Of a stretch of 24,000 nt of DNA, positions 7,993-16,674 are shown piece after piece (positions within the stretch are counted from its first letter, which is position 1; each line of letters opens with the position of its first letter). The notes under the pieces are model-generated. The model had not been told where the DNA came from and did no database searches. It saw only the letters and a program-made list of their open reading frames with translations. A program made the position numbers and the translations under genes. This DNA comes from Salmonella phage DaR-2019a: the sequence record MK965969.1; one strand, 5' to 3'.

Positions 7993-10359
7993 ATGCGCAT
8001 GGTAAACGACCACGCAGAAGTGATTAAGAGTTCAACTTCTTTGGAGACATCTCAAGCACAGATTACAATGACACCTGAAATGTTCAGCCTTTTGAGTTCT
8101 GGTGTATACACATTTAAAGAGCGAGCAGTGATTCGTGAACTGTCATGTAATGCAGTGGATGCTCAGAAAGAAGCTGGAAAAGAGAACATCCCTTTCCATG
8201 TGCATTTACCTACTCGATTTGAGCCTTACTTTGAAGTCCGTGACTTTGGAACTGGTTTAACCCACGACAAAGTAATGAGTTTGTATCTGAACTACGGGGC
8301 TTCTACGAAGAATGACTCTAATGATTACATTGGTGCAATGGGTATCGGCTCAAAATCCCCATTTGCAATTGCTCAGTCATTCACAGTATCTAGCTATGTT
8401 GATGGTGTTGTTAATAAGTACTCTGTTTACCTTGAGAATGGTATCCCTCAAGTAACTAAGCTTACTACTAACCCAACAAATGAACCCAATGGTTTAGCTG
8501 TACGTGTAGCAGTTGCTGACCACCGTATTTCAAAGTTCTTTGAAGAGGCTGGTCACGTATATTCATACTTTGCTGTAAAACCAGAAAGCAATATTGTATA
8601 TGATGATGTGTTAGCAGATATGAACGTCATTGCCCGTGAAGAGGGTGTTTATGATGCTATGATTCATAAGCAAAGCTGGCGTTCTAGTGGCAACAGGACA
8701 GAGTTTAATGTGGTGATGGGTAATATTGCCTATCCAGTTAATATGGAAGCATTACTTGGTGATGATTTCTTCAAAGTCTTGCCAGAATTTTTCCGTAGGA
8801 GCGTAGACCTTGTAAACATTTACATGCCTATTGGTTCAGTTGCTATTGCAGCTTCTCGTGAAGCATTGCAGATGAATGATACGACAAAAAATGTTATCAT
8901 TGAGGCTACTAAAAAGATAACTGAAGCAATTACAAAGGATGTTATCAAGAAAGTTAATAGCCAACCTACACTCATGGATGCTGCACAGGCTTATGCAGAG
9001 TTACGTTTGAACTCACGAGAAATGTTTAATGCTGTGTGTCCAAAGCTAGAGTGGGGTGGTGTTAAACTTGATACTCTGGAAGAAGAATTACTAAACATTC
9101 GTCGTGGGATTATCTACGCAGAAGACGGCTCAGTCATTTATGAACGTGACGGTAAAGGTAATATTAAGGTTGATAGGAACGGAAACAATATTCCTAAAGT
9201 GGACTACCTATACAATCCAGTTGCTTATGTCAAGTTTAACTCTTTAGAGAGTAAGATTCGTGCAACAGCACTTTCCTACACTCAAGAAGCAAGCATGTTC
9301 AATATCTTTGGTGCAATGCGTAAAAGTCAAATTGAACAGTTTTTGTTTGTTATTAATGACCGTCGCAATAAAAATGGTACTGAGAAGACTGTAGGCCGCA
9401 ATCAGATTCTGCGTGGTGCATGTCGAGACTATGCCAGTGAGTCAAGTCTGTTTCACAGATACAATGGTATTGTGTTTGTATTCTCGACTGAAAAAGATTT
9501 AGATGATTTAATCAATCTACACAAACTTGATAAAAGCTTGTTAAAGATTGTGAAAATGTCTGATAAGGAACACCATTACCAGCGCAAAGAAGCTGTAAGG
9601 GGTGTTGTAAAGCTCTGGAAAGCTGTACCGGCAGAGGGTGTAGCCTCATACACAGAGGTGTCAGAAGACTTAGACACAATTGAAGAACCTCAGCTTTACA
9701 TTAAGGCAGTTGGTGACACAGTTGATGGCGAATGTTTTTGCTCATCTCCAGAAGATGTAGCTAAGTCAGTTGCTAATGTTATAGGAAAGACAGTCTATGT
9801 TTTCCGAAAAGCAAATTGGAAAAAGATACCAGAAGACTGGATTGAAGTAGATGAGAAGCTCTTGAACGACAGCTTAACTGATGTTCACTGGATTAATCAT
9901 AACAGGTATATGACACGCATCTACATGAATGGTGTTCTTGACCTTACAAGCAGTTGGATTATTGCCAGAAACTTTACATTCAATAACAGGAAGATTTCTC
10001 GTGGTTATTGCTACTCACGAGATACTAGCAAAACTATCTTCCTAGAAGGTAACGAAGAGGCTGTAGAGGCAATTTTCGGTAAAATCCAGTATGTTGCTGC
10101 ACCGTTTGCATACACTTACACTATTAGTAGATTGCAAACTTTGAAAGAATGCCTTGACAACGATACAAAGCTGTACAAGAAAATTAAGAAAGCTGGTGAC
10201 CGTATGGTTATCAAGGTGACAAACTACCTTTCAAAAAGAAAACAAGAAAACTTCTTGCTTTCCCATTTAGATTGGAATAAAGTGTCACCTATTGAAGTGA
10301 GTAAGTTTTTAGGCTTTAATGTGAAATGTGTTCCAGAAGGTACAACAGTTTACGATTAA
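7993..10359 (+). CDS. rIIA: rIIA-like protein with GHKL/HATPase-type N-terminus
   Basis: IRELSCNAVDAQKEAGK, FEVRDFGTGL, YGASTKNDSNDYIGAMGIGSKSPFAIAQSF; followed by rIIB-like gene. Confidence 0.9.
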   Translation: MRMVNDHAEVIKSSTSLETSQAQITMTPEMFSLLSSGVYTFKERAVIRELSCNAVDAQKEAGKENIPFHVHLPTRFEPYFEVRDFGTGLTHDKVMSLYLNYGASTKNDSNDYIGAMGIGSKSPFAIAQSFTVSSYVDGVVNKYSVYLENGIPQVTKLTTNPTNEPNGLAVRVAVADHRISKFFEEAGHVYSYFAVKPESNIVYDDVLADMNVIAREEGVYDAMIHKQSWRSSGNRTEFNVVMGNIAYPVNMEALLGDDFFKVLPEFFRRSVDLVNIYMPIGSVAIAASREALQMNDTTKNVIIEATKKITEAITKDVIKKVNSQPTLMDAAQAYAELRLNSREMFNAVCPKLEWGGVKLDTLEEELLNIRRGIIYAEDGSVIYERDGKGNIKVDRNGNNIPKVDYLYNPVAYVKFNSLESKIRATALSYTQEASMFNIFGAMRKSQIEQFLFVINDRRNKNGTEKTVGRNQILRGACRDYASESSLFHRYNGIVFVFSTEKDLDDLINLHKLDKSLLKIVKMSDKEHHYQRKEAVRGVVKLWKAVPAEGVASYTEVSEDLDTIEEPQLYIKAVGDTVDGECFCSSPEDVAKSVANVIGKTVYVFRKANWKKIPEDWIEVDEKLLNDSLTDVHWINHNRYMTRIYMNGVLDLTSSWIIARNFTFNNRKISRGYCYSRDTSKTIFLEGNEEAVEAIFGKIQYVAAPFAYTYTISRLQTLKECLDNDTKLYKKIKKAGDRMVIKVTNYLSKRKQENFLLSHLDWNKVSPIEVSKFLGFNVKCVPEGTTVYD

Positions 10360-10364
10360 AGTGC

Positions 10365-10394
10365 TTGACAAGGGGATTTGAAGCCCCTTAAAAT
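10365..10394 (+). promoter_or_regulatory. Sigma70-like promoter upstream of rIIB-like gene, with palindrome in spacer
   Basis: TTGACA - 18 nt (AGGGGATTTGAAGCCCCT) - TAAAAT; AAGGGG/CCCCTT inverted repeat inside. Confidence 0.75.
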
Positions 10395-10438
10395 AGCCTC
10401 ACAAAATGATTTATTAACTAACAAGAGAGAGTAATAAG

Positions 10439-11548
10439 ATGACTACTAAAACTAAAGCACAGATTGACGCAGAAATTTACAAACTGGTTAAAGAGGGCAA
10501 GCTGACTAAAACAGCTATTGCACAGAAATTTAACACCTCAACCCGTTCAGTCGGTCGTGCTGTAGAGCGTCATGAAGCAACCTTAAAAGGGAATAAAAAG
10601 GCAACTTCTACACCAGCTACGAAGACTTTAAAGCAAGTTGCTAAGACCTTTAAAAAGAAAGCTGACAAGCCAGTTAAAAAGGCTGTTAACGAGGATGTAC
10701 AGAAAGCTCCGGTAAATAAACTGCATGAAGCTATGCAGAATGGTAACCAGATTGAGTACATGATTACTGGTGACTCTGTTATCATGACTTTCGGTGCAGA
10801 TTCTGAAATCGTTGAATCTACCCATCCGAACTACAAAGAAATCGTGATGGCTGTTGTATCCGGTGAGTATAAGAAAGCTTTCGAACTGATGAACATTCGT
10901 AAGTCTATCGAAAACTTCACTCAGGGTGCTATCACCATCAAAGGTGACAAGTTATTCTACGGTGCTGTTGAGATGCGTTCTACTCTGGTTGACCGTATTC
11001 TTCACATGATGAAGACTGGAGATAAAGGTTTTGAACGGCTTGTAATGTTCTTCGAAAAACTGATGGAAAACCCATCTAAAGATTCTGTAGAACAACTTTG
11101 GGGCTTCGTATCTCACCTTGATGTTGAGATTGATGAAGAAGGTTACATCATTGGTTGGAAGAAAGTATCTACTCGTGAAGGCAAGCTGGTTGACTCCCAC
11201 ACCTACAAAGTACCTAATGATTTGGGTAACATTGTAGAAATGCCACGTTGGATGGTTGATAACAACCGTAACGTGACTTGTTCTCAAGGTCTTCATGTTG
11301 GTGCTTGGGACTATGTTCGTTGCTTCTCAGGTGATACAGTCCTGAAGGTTCGTGTCCATCCACGAGATGTTGTATCTGTTCCAACTGATTACAACGATAT
11401 GAAGATGCGTTCGTCTCGTTATGAAGTTGCAGCAATCGTTGATAATCAACGTAAAGTGCTGAAAGAATGGGATGGCAAGACTGAAGCTTTGCATGTCATC
11501 GTTGGCACTGCTGGAGAACTTATCTCCCAACGTAAACGTGAAATCTAA
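10439..11548 (+). CDS. rIIB: rIIB-like protein with N-terminal HTH segment
   Basis: Adjacent to rIIA-like gene; KLTKTAIAQKFNTSTRSVGRAVERHE HTH; VDEIDEEGYIIGWKKV-like region, CSQGLHVGAWDYV, VHPRDVVSVPTDYNDMKMR. Confidence 0.88.
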   Translation: MTTKTKAQIDAEIYKLVKEGKLTKTAIAQKFNTSTRSVGRAVERHEATLKGNKKATSTPATKTLKQVAKTFKKKADKPVKKAVNEDVQKAPVNKLHEAMQNGNQIEYMITGDSVIMTFGADSEIVESTHPNYKEIVMAVVSGEYKKAFELMNIRKSIENFTQGAITIKGDKLFYGAVEMRSTLVDRILHMMKTGDKGFERLVMFFEKLMENPSKDSVEQLWGFVSHLDVEIDEEGYIIGWKKVSTREGKLVDSHTYKVPNDLGNIVEMPRWMVDNNRNVTCSQGLHVGAWDYVRCFSGDTVLKVRVHPRDVVSVPTDYNDMKMRSSRYEVAAIVDNQRKVLKEWDGKTEALHVIVGTAGELISQRKREI

Positions 11549-11563
11549 TAAGTAATTTCTTAA

Positions 11564-11587
11564 AAGGCTGCTTCGGCGGCCTTTTTT
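11564..11587 (+). terminator. Rho-independent terminator with UUCG loop
   Basis: AAGGCTGC TTCG GCGGCCTT TTTT. Confidence 0.88.
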
Positions 11588-11589
11588 AT

Positions 11590-11617
11590 TTGTATTTTGT
11601 GCAGAGTGCTGTATAAT
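11590..11617 (+). promoter_or_regulatory. Possible promoter upstream of lysis-type genes
   Basis: TATAAT at 11612-11617 with a weak -35 (TTGTAT) 16 nt upstream; lies just after a terminator. Confidence 0.4.
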
Positions 11618-11648
11618 TGTTGTCACGATAAACTAAACAGGAGAACCA

Positions 11649-12197
11649 ATGAAGAAATTGATTCTAGGTTTGTGCTTAATGTTTACAGCACACTTATCTT
11701 ATGCAGTTGACTGCCCAGAGCTATCAATTAGCCAAAAAGTAAACATGTTAAAAGCTTACCAGTATGGTGAGAATAATATGGGTAAAGGTTGGGGTATTAC
11801 TCTAGCAGCTATAGCCTTACAAGAGTCAGAGTTAGGTCTGAAGGTAGAGAATAAAAAGACCCATGACTATGGTATTTTCCAGAATCACTTGAAGACTGTT
11901 GTAAAGCGTAACAAAATTAGCCCTAATGTGGCTAAAAAGAAACTCTTAAGGGACTTTGACTATGCTGCGAAGGAAACGCACAAAGAACTTGAGTTTTGGA
12001 CAAAGGTGCATGGTCAGCCAAAGTCAAAGAAGACTTTACAAAAAGTTTTAGCATCATATAATGCTGGGTATTCGTACAGAATCCCTAAAGCTAAGAAATA
12101 TTCTCAAGATGTTTATAACAATATGAAAGTAATTGCTCAATGTGAATTTGCAACAAACATTTCTAAGGTAAACCATGAAAAAATTAAAAAAGTCTGA
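11649..12197 (+). CDS. Exported lytic transglycosylase (SLT)-like protein
   Basis: Signal peptide MKKLILGLCLMFTAHLSYAVD; LAAIALQESELG, YGIFQ, VLASYNAGYS motifs. Confidence 0.8.
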   Translation: MKKLILGLCLMFTAHLSYAVDCPELSISQKVNMLKAYQYGENNMGKGWGITLAAIALQESELGLKVENKKTHDYGIFQNHLKTVVKRNKISPNVAKKKLLRDFDYAAKETHKELEFWTKVHGQPKSKKTLQKVLASYNAGYSYRIPKAKKYSQDVYNNMKVIAQCEFATNISKVNHEKIKKV

Positions 12198-12870
12198 TGA
12201 AGTACTGTGTCATGCTTATGACTTACATCCTCATGAGTTAGGTCTTGACTCCTGTGTATGGACTCCAGAGCAGTGTAGGGATTTTGAAGATACAGCAAGA
12301 GAAGTTGTATGTTCACTTGAAGAGTTCCACACATCAGAGCCAATTGTCAATGTTGTGGACAAAGAGACTGGGCAATCCATAGGTGTAAAACGTGATAGCT
12401 TAGTCATAGTCAACAAAGACCTTGTAGAGAAAGGTAATCTTATCTTAGCAGATATTGATGGAGTTCTTACAAATTTTAATCACGAAGATTGTTCAACGGA
12501 ATTGACTGATGGCTCATTTTCACAGTATACTAATCTTCTTGATTCTGTAAGAGCAAAACCAACGTATGTTTTCAATATCATTGATGCAATTGCTAATCAT
12601 GCTGCCGTTGGACTCTTGACAGCGAGAGGTGAATCTCAGAGAATACCCACTGAGATGTTTTTAAGGCATAACACGGAGCATGACTACATGCTTTTTATGC
12701 GTGGTTTTGGGACTAACTCTATAAGTGCAGAAAGTTTGAAAGTGAGGATGATTCAGTCTTGCATTCTGCCTTACTTTAATATAGTATGTTTTATAGAAGA
12801 CACAGAGAAGAATGTGCAGAAGGTGAACAGAATCCTTCCACACATCAAAACCATGTTAGTTAAACATTGA
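12175..12870 (+). CDS. HAD-superfamily phosphatase-like protein
   Basis: ILADIDGVLTN (motif I), VGLLTARGES, LKVRMIQSC, VCFIEDTEKNV. Confidence 0.7.
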   Translation: MKKLKKSDEVLCHAYDLHPHELGLDSCVWTPEQCRDFEDTAREVVCSLEEFHTSEPIVNVVDKETGQSIGVKRDSLVIVNKDLVEKGNLILADIDGVLTNFNHEDCSTELTDGSFSQYTNLLDSVRAKPTYVFNIIDAIANHAAVGLLTARGESQRIPTEMFLRHNTEHDYMLFMRGFGTNSISAESLKVRMIQSCILPYFNIVCFIEDTEKNVQKVNRILPHIKTMLVKH

Positions 12871-12880
12871 GAGAAAACTT

Positions 12881-13345
12881 ATGAACAATATCATTACGGT
12901 AGCACTGGACGTTACGGCAAACAAATCTGAAGTAGTTCGTAACATTATCAAGAGCAACTTTGAGGGTAAAATCTTCCGTGCTGTCAATGTAAAAGCAGAC
13001 GGTAACATTCGGGAGTATCGTGCCCTTTTGAATGTTAAGAAACACGTCAAAGGTGCTGGTTCAACGACTGCACACAAAGAAAACCTGATGACCATCTATG
13101 ATATGGGGATGGCTTCAGAATTAGGTGCTGAAGGTATCGTTAAAGGAGGTGCTCCGTATCGCTCTTTCAATCTGGAAACTGCTCTCATGCTTTCCTTTAC
13201 AAGTGGTTCTAAAACAACTACTTATCTCTTTACTGATGCTGCAACGGTATCTGCTATCAAGGATAGCACTGTCAAAGCTGGGGTAGCTGCTGCTGCAAAA
13301 GCTTCTTCGATGGCTGCAAATGTCCTTGCTAAAGTCCTCGGTTAA
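12881..13345 (+). CDS. Hypothetical protein, 154 aa
   Basis: ORF with GAGAG RBS and downstream terminator. Confidence 0.75.
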   Translation: MNNIITVALDVTANKSEVVRNIIKSNFEGKIFRAVNVKADGNIREYRALLNVKKHVKGAGSTTAHKENLMTIYDMGMASELGAEGIVKGGAPYRSFNLETALMLSFTSGSKTTTYLFTDAATVSAIKDSTVKAGVAAAAKASSMAANVLAKVLG

Positions 13346-13356
13346 GGTTAAGATAC

Positions 13357-13378
13357 AGGCTCCTTCGGGAGCCTTTTT
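13357..13378 (+). terminator. Rho-independent terminator with UUCG loop
   Basis: AGGCTCC TTCG GGAGCCT TTTT. Confidence 0.9.
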
Positions 13379-13397
13379 CATTTCAGGAGATTGTTAA

Positions 13398-13745
13398 ATG
13401 ACATTTAAAGAGTTCTGTCAAGCCACTTTCATAATTGTATTCTTAGTTGGGGCAGGTGTCTGGGGAGGATACTCTTACAGAGACTATCAAGTTGCTGAAA
13501 CTGAGCTAAACAATCAAAAGCTCATAAGTGTTGCTAAAGATGCTTATCAGGAAGGATTAGTCACACTGAGCACCAATTACAAAAATGATTTGAAAGATGT
13601 GCTTGCTAAGAATAAGCATACAAAAGAGGTATTAACATATGAAAAAACTAAGCCAGAGTTTTATAATGTTTGTGTTACTGATAACTATGTCAGGGTGTTC
13701 AACGAACAAAGTGAACAGTACATTCAAAAACTCCCAAGTAAGTGA
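13398..13745 (+). CDS. Inner-membrane spanin (Rz-like)
   Basis: N-terminal TM FIIVFLVGAGVWGGYSY, long charged periplasmic region, overlaps a lipoprotein ORF in another frame. Confidence 0.7.
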   Translation: MTFKEFCQATFIIVFLVGAGVWGGYSYRDYQVAETELNNQKLISVAKDAYQEGLVTLSTNYKNDLKDVLAKNKHTKEVLTYEKTKPEFYNVCVTDNYVRVFNEQSEQYIQKLPSK

Positions 13746-13908
13746 GAGTGATAAGTACACTCAAGAAGAATCACGGTATATCATCAAAGGCAACACAGGC
13801 AGTGATGTAGCAGCAGCACTTGAGTTCTACCGTGACGGCTTTTACCAGTGTACAATTAAAGCTAATAACCTTATTGACATGATTTTATTAGGGAATAATC
13901 AGCAATGA
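13639..13908 (+). CDS. Outer-membrane spanin lipoprotein (Rz1-like)
   Basis: Signal with lipobox: MKKLSQSFIMFVLLITMSGC|STN; overlaps the i-spanin by 107 nt out of frame. Confidence 0.68.
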   Translation: MKKLSQSFIMFVLLITMSGCSTNKVNSTFKNSQVSESDKYTQEESRYIIKGNTGSDVAAALEFYRDGFYQCTIKANNLIDMILLGNNQQ

Positions 13909-14174
13909 CAGAGAATCAAGACACTTTCTATGTAGAAGGTTACTTACTGTTGCCACGACCAAAAGAAACTTATATGCGAATTGATTTCTCACCAACCATC
14001 ATGGATAATGTGATGTGCCATATCTTTATGCAAGGTGTCACAGCACAACTTAAGCATGTTGGCAAAGAGTGCAAAATAAAGGTTGACACTCATCCAGAAA
14101 TCAAAGAAAATCACTACACATGGTTCTTACCAGATTCTAAAGAAATCTTAGCAGTTCTTAAAACGAGGAAGTAA
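13905..14174 (+). CDS. Hypothetical protein, 89 aa
   Basis: ATGA overlap with upstream ORF. Confidence 0.65.
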   Translation: MTENQDTFYVEGYLLLPRPKETYMRIDFSPTIMDNVMCHIFMQGVTAQLKHVGKECKIKVDTHPEIKENHYTWFLPDSKEILAVLKTRK

Positions 14175-14176
14175 CT

Positions 14177-14503
14177 ATGCAGATTAATGGAAGAGACTTT
14201 GTAGCCGTTTACTACGAGAAAGGTAAAGAAGTTGGCGTAGCACAAGTATCTTATGGCAATGGTAAGTGGCTATATGGAACAATCGCAGTAGTTGGGACAA
14301 GAAGTGATACAAAAACCTTTAAAGATTGTGTTGACCTTCTTGAAGAATCCATCCAGAATCATTGGTGTCTGATATGGATGACTGATAACGAAGTGATGGA
14401 GCGTTTCAAAAAGATTGATATCAACATTGACAGTATTGAGCATGTTGATTTATATGAGCTAACTGAGAAGGTAAACTATGAAAGTAATACTAGCCAGAGA
14501 TAA
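14177..14503 (+). CDS. Hypothetical protein, 108 aa
   Basis: ORF in compact operon. Confidence 0.65.
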   Translation: MQINGRDFVAVYYEKGKEVGVAQVSYGNGKWLYGTIAVVGTRSDTKTFKDCVDLLEESIQNHWCLIWMTDNEVMERFKKIDINIDSIEHVDLYELTEKVNYESNTSQR

Positions 14504-14705
14504 AAAGACACGAAAACTTATCAGGTCAGCAGTGTTCATTGGACGAAATGAGGTCATCCCATTTACAGCAAATGATGTGATAGCTTACAGGAAGAACTTA
14601 GTATTCACTGACTGCTTACGTGGCTTCATCTCTGAACCATTGGAAGACTTTAAAAGTCGTTGTGGTAAAGGTATCATCATTCAAGAGGCAATTATTCATG
14701 GCTGA
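14478..14705 (+). CDS. Hypothetical protein, 75 aa
   Basis: ORF overlapping neighbours on both sides. Confidence 0.6.
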   Translation: MKVILARDKKTRKLIRSAVFIGRNEVIPFTANDVIAYRKNLVFTDCLRGFISEPLEDFKSRCGKGIIIQEAIIHG

Positions 14706-14898
14706 CTTCTGTAAAGACTGTTCTATCGAAATGTTCGGACGTGATACAGGTGACTTAAAAGGTCTTATCACTGAAGATGACTTTAAAGCTGGTTATGCAA
14801 TGCCAGTAATCTGTGAAGGTTGTGGGTGCATCTGGGTAGACCACGAAGGGCAACGTGTAAAACCTTCAGAAGATAAAGAATCTTGGGAGAGATGTTAA
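14698..14898 (+). CDS. Small putative zinc-binding protein, 66 aa (start revised from 14620)
   Basis: ATG at 14698 preceded by AAGAGG; MADFCKDC...CEGCGCIWVDHEG, two Cys pairs. Confidence 0.7.
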   Translation: MADFCKDCSIEMFGRDTGDLKGLITEDDFKAGYAMPVICEGCGCIWVDHEGQRVKPSEDKESWERC

Positions 14899-15684
14899 AT
14901 GGGTATTGTAAAAATCATCAATGGCGATATCTTTGCCGCATTTGATAAAGGTAAGTTTGACATCATTGGTCACGGTTGCAACTGTATGAATTTAATGGGT
15001 GCAGGTATCGCTGACAAGATTTCTAAACTTTACCCAAAAGCATATGAGACCGATACAGAAGTTTATCTATATGCAGGTGGCATAGGTCACAAACCCTGTG
15101 AAAATTTACTGGGTAATTTCTCTGTAGCACGTTTAAAACAAGGTCGAATAGCTAACCTTTACACTCAGCTTAAGACTGGTAAAGATGCCCGATACAGTGC
15201 TTTAGAGTCATCTTTGAAACAGCTTAACAGATACTGTGAAGTTAACCAGTTGAAGAAGGTTGGTCTACCTATGATTGGTGCAGGTATCGGTGGACTTGAC
15301 CCTCAAGCTGTCACAGTTATCATCAATCAGGTGATGAAGAGTGTAGATGTTTATCTGTATGTCTATGAAGGAGAGATGTACCACAAGTTACGCTCAGGTT
15401 GGAAGAACTACTGTGAACCAGAATACTTTGCAGGTGTAGCAGTGTTCACAGATAACGCAGTTACCCTCTTCAGACGAAGAAAAGGTAAGATACATCAAAG
15501 TAACCCTCCGGTTGAAAAGATGTCTCTAAGTAACGCTCTAGTTACCCACCTGTCGAAGAGCAATCACAGAATTGCAGTAACATTTGGCAGTGATGCAGAT
15601 ACTTACATCTATGCAAGAACTGATGAGGATATCGAGACAGTTTTCTCTTCGCCAGAAGTTACCTTCTTAGACGCAAAGAACTAA
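14899..15684 (+). CDS. Macro-domain protein with extra C-terminal region
   Basis: VKIINGDIFAAFDKGKFDIIGHGCNCMNLMGAGIADKI, GLPMIGAGIGGLDPQAV; ~95 aa beyond the macro domain. Confidence 0.85.
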   Translation: MGIVKIINGDIFAAFDKGKFDIIGHGCNCMNLMGAGIADKISKLYPKAYETDTEVYLYAGGIGHKPCENLLGNFSVARLKQGRIANLYTQLKTGKDARYSALESSLKQLNRYCEVNQLKKVGLPMIGAGIGGLDPQAVTVIINQVMKSVDVYLYVYEGEMYHKLRSGWKNYCEPEYFAGVAVFTDNAVTLFRRRKGKIHQSNPPVEKMSLSNALVTHLSKSNHRIAVTFGSDADTYIYARTDEDIETVFSSPEVTFLDAKN

Positions 15685-15713
15685 GAAACTTCGTAGGATA
15701 TTCACAATAGACT

Positions 15714-15758
15714 AAGCCTTTCTTATCTGGTAAATTTTTCAGGTAAGGAGGGCTTTTT
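15714..15758 (+). terminator. Long rho-independent terminator
   Basis: AAGCCTTTCTTATCTG / CAGGTAAGGAGGGCTT: 16-bp stem with a few G-U pairs, 10-nt loop, T5 tail. Confidence 0.8.
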
Positions 15759-15949
15759 CATTTCAGAATTGTGCAGGTATATTTCTATAGAGAAATCTGT
15801 AGAGGAAATTTTGAACTCCAAAGAGAAAATTCATTTTCAAACTGTGCAGGTAATCTCCAAAGGGTTTTTTCATTTTCAAAACGTGCAGAGAAAAATCAGG
15901 TCGGGTAAGAAAAATCATTTTAGAATTGTGCAGGTAGGTGGGTGCAGGT
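15754..15949 (+). repeat. Imperfect direct repeats TCATTTTnAnAAnTGTGCAGGTA
   Basis: GTGCAG cores at 15771, 15844, 15883, 15928, 15942; flanks conserved for the first four; 15816-15852 and 15855-15888 also share CTCCAAAG. Confidence 0.8.
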
Positions 15950-16113
15950 GGGGATGTCGCCATTTCTCACAAGGCTACCACATATGGAAATAAAAGTCAA
16001 CAGAAAAATTTGTAGCGGATTGAAAAATAATTCTTGATTGTAGTTCTGTTTTGTGGTAGTCGCGCGCACCCGTTTCATTACAATCTTTGCAAAAAATATT
16101 TTTAAAATTCCTA

Positions 16114-16142
16114 TTGACTCTTTGAGTATGGTTATCTAATAT
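16114..16142 (+). promoter_or_regulatory. Sigma70-like promoter
   Basis: TTGACT - 17 nt - TAATAT. Confidence 0.8.
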
Positions 16143-16193
16143 TTGCATCAGACGGGCAATCAAGCCCACTTCCTAAACTGGAGAATCTAAGAA

Positions 16194-16382
16194 ATGGCAT
16201 CAAGAAAAATTAAAGTTGGCGATGAGGTTAACATTAAGCACGAATACTCTTACAAAATGCTAACTATACGTTCTTATAAGGTTTATCAGGTGGAAGCTAT
16301 CCACAAAGATAACACCTTTTCCTTAAAAGGTTATAGCGAACGTTTCCCTGCTGAACTCTTTGAGAAATGGAGCGCGAAATAA
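16194..16382 (+). CDS. Small early-region protein, 62 aa
   Basis: ORF with conserved CTGGAGAATCTAAG leader; MASRKIKVGDEVNIKHEYSYKM. Confidence 0.7.
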   Translation: MASRKIKVGDEVNIKHEYSYKMLTIRSYKVYQVEAIHKDNTFSLKGYSERFPAELFEKWSAK

Positions 16383-16588
16383 TGCTTTACAGTCGTGAAT
16401 TGATGGTTACAACTAACGTTAACACAAAGGTAAAACGTTTTTACATGCAAATTTGTGGCGTATGGTCTAGAATATCAGAGGCTGCCTATTGCAACTATGT
16501 AGAAACAGCTATAAACTCTAATTGCTATCTTACAAGAAATACAAGAAAGTACATAAGACAGACAGCAATTTACTACTACGATAAATAA
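16382..16588 (+). CDS. Small hypothetical protein, 68 aa (start revised from 16367)
   Basis: TAATG overlap with upstream stop. Confidence 0.5.
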   Translation: MLYSRELMVTTNVNTKVKRFYMQICGVWSRISEAAYCNYVETAINSNCYLTRNTRKYIRQTAIYYYDK

Positions 16589-16593
16589 AGTAC

Positions 16594-16622
16594 TTTACAA
16601 GGGGCTTATAGTTCGATAAAGT
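16594..16622 (+). promoter_or_regulatory. Type A cassette promoter
   Basis: TTTACA-17-TAAAGT; GGGGCTTA (16601-16608)/TAAGCCCC (16622-16629) inverted repeat. Confidence 0.72.
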
Positions 16623-16674
16623 AAGCCCCAGATAAAGAGCTTTACCACTAAATCCTAAATTGGAGAACTTAAAA

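Noticed and set aside
15769-15993. 74-aa + strand ORF with HFQ.VQ-type peptide repeats
   Set aside because: TTG start, no RBS; the peptide repetition is explained by the noncoding GTGCAG DNA repeats.
16601-16629. Type A palindromes as ordinary terminators
   Set aside because: No T tract after the 3' arm (AGATAAAG follows) and they overlap a promoter; attenuation is possible but a standard terminator is not supported.
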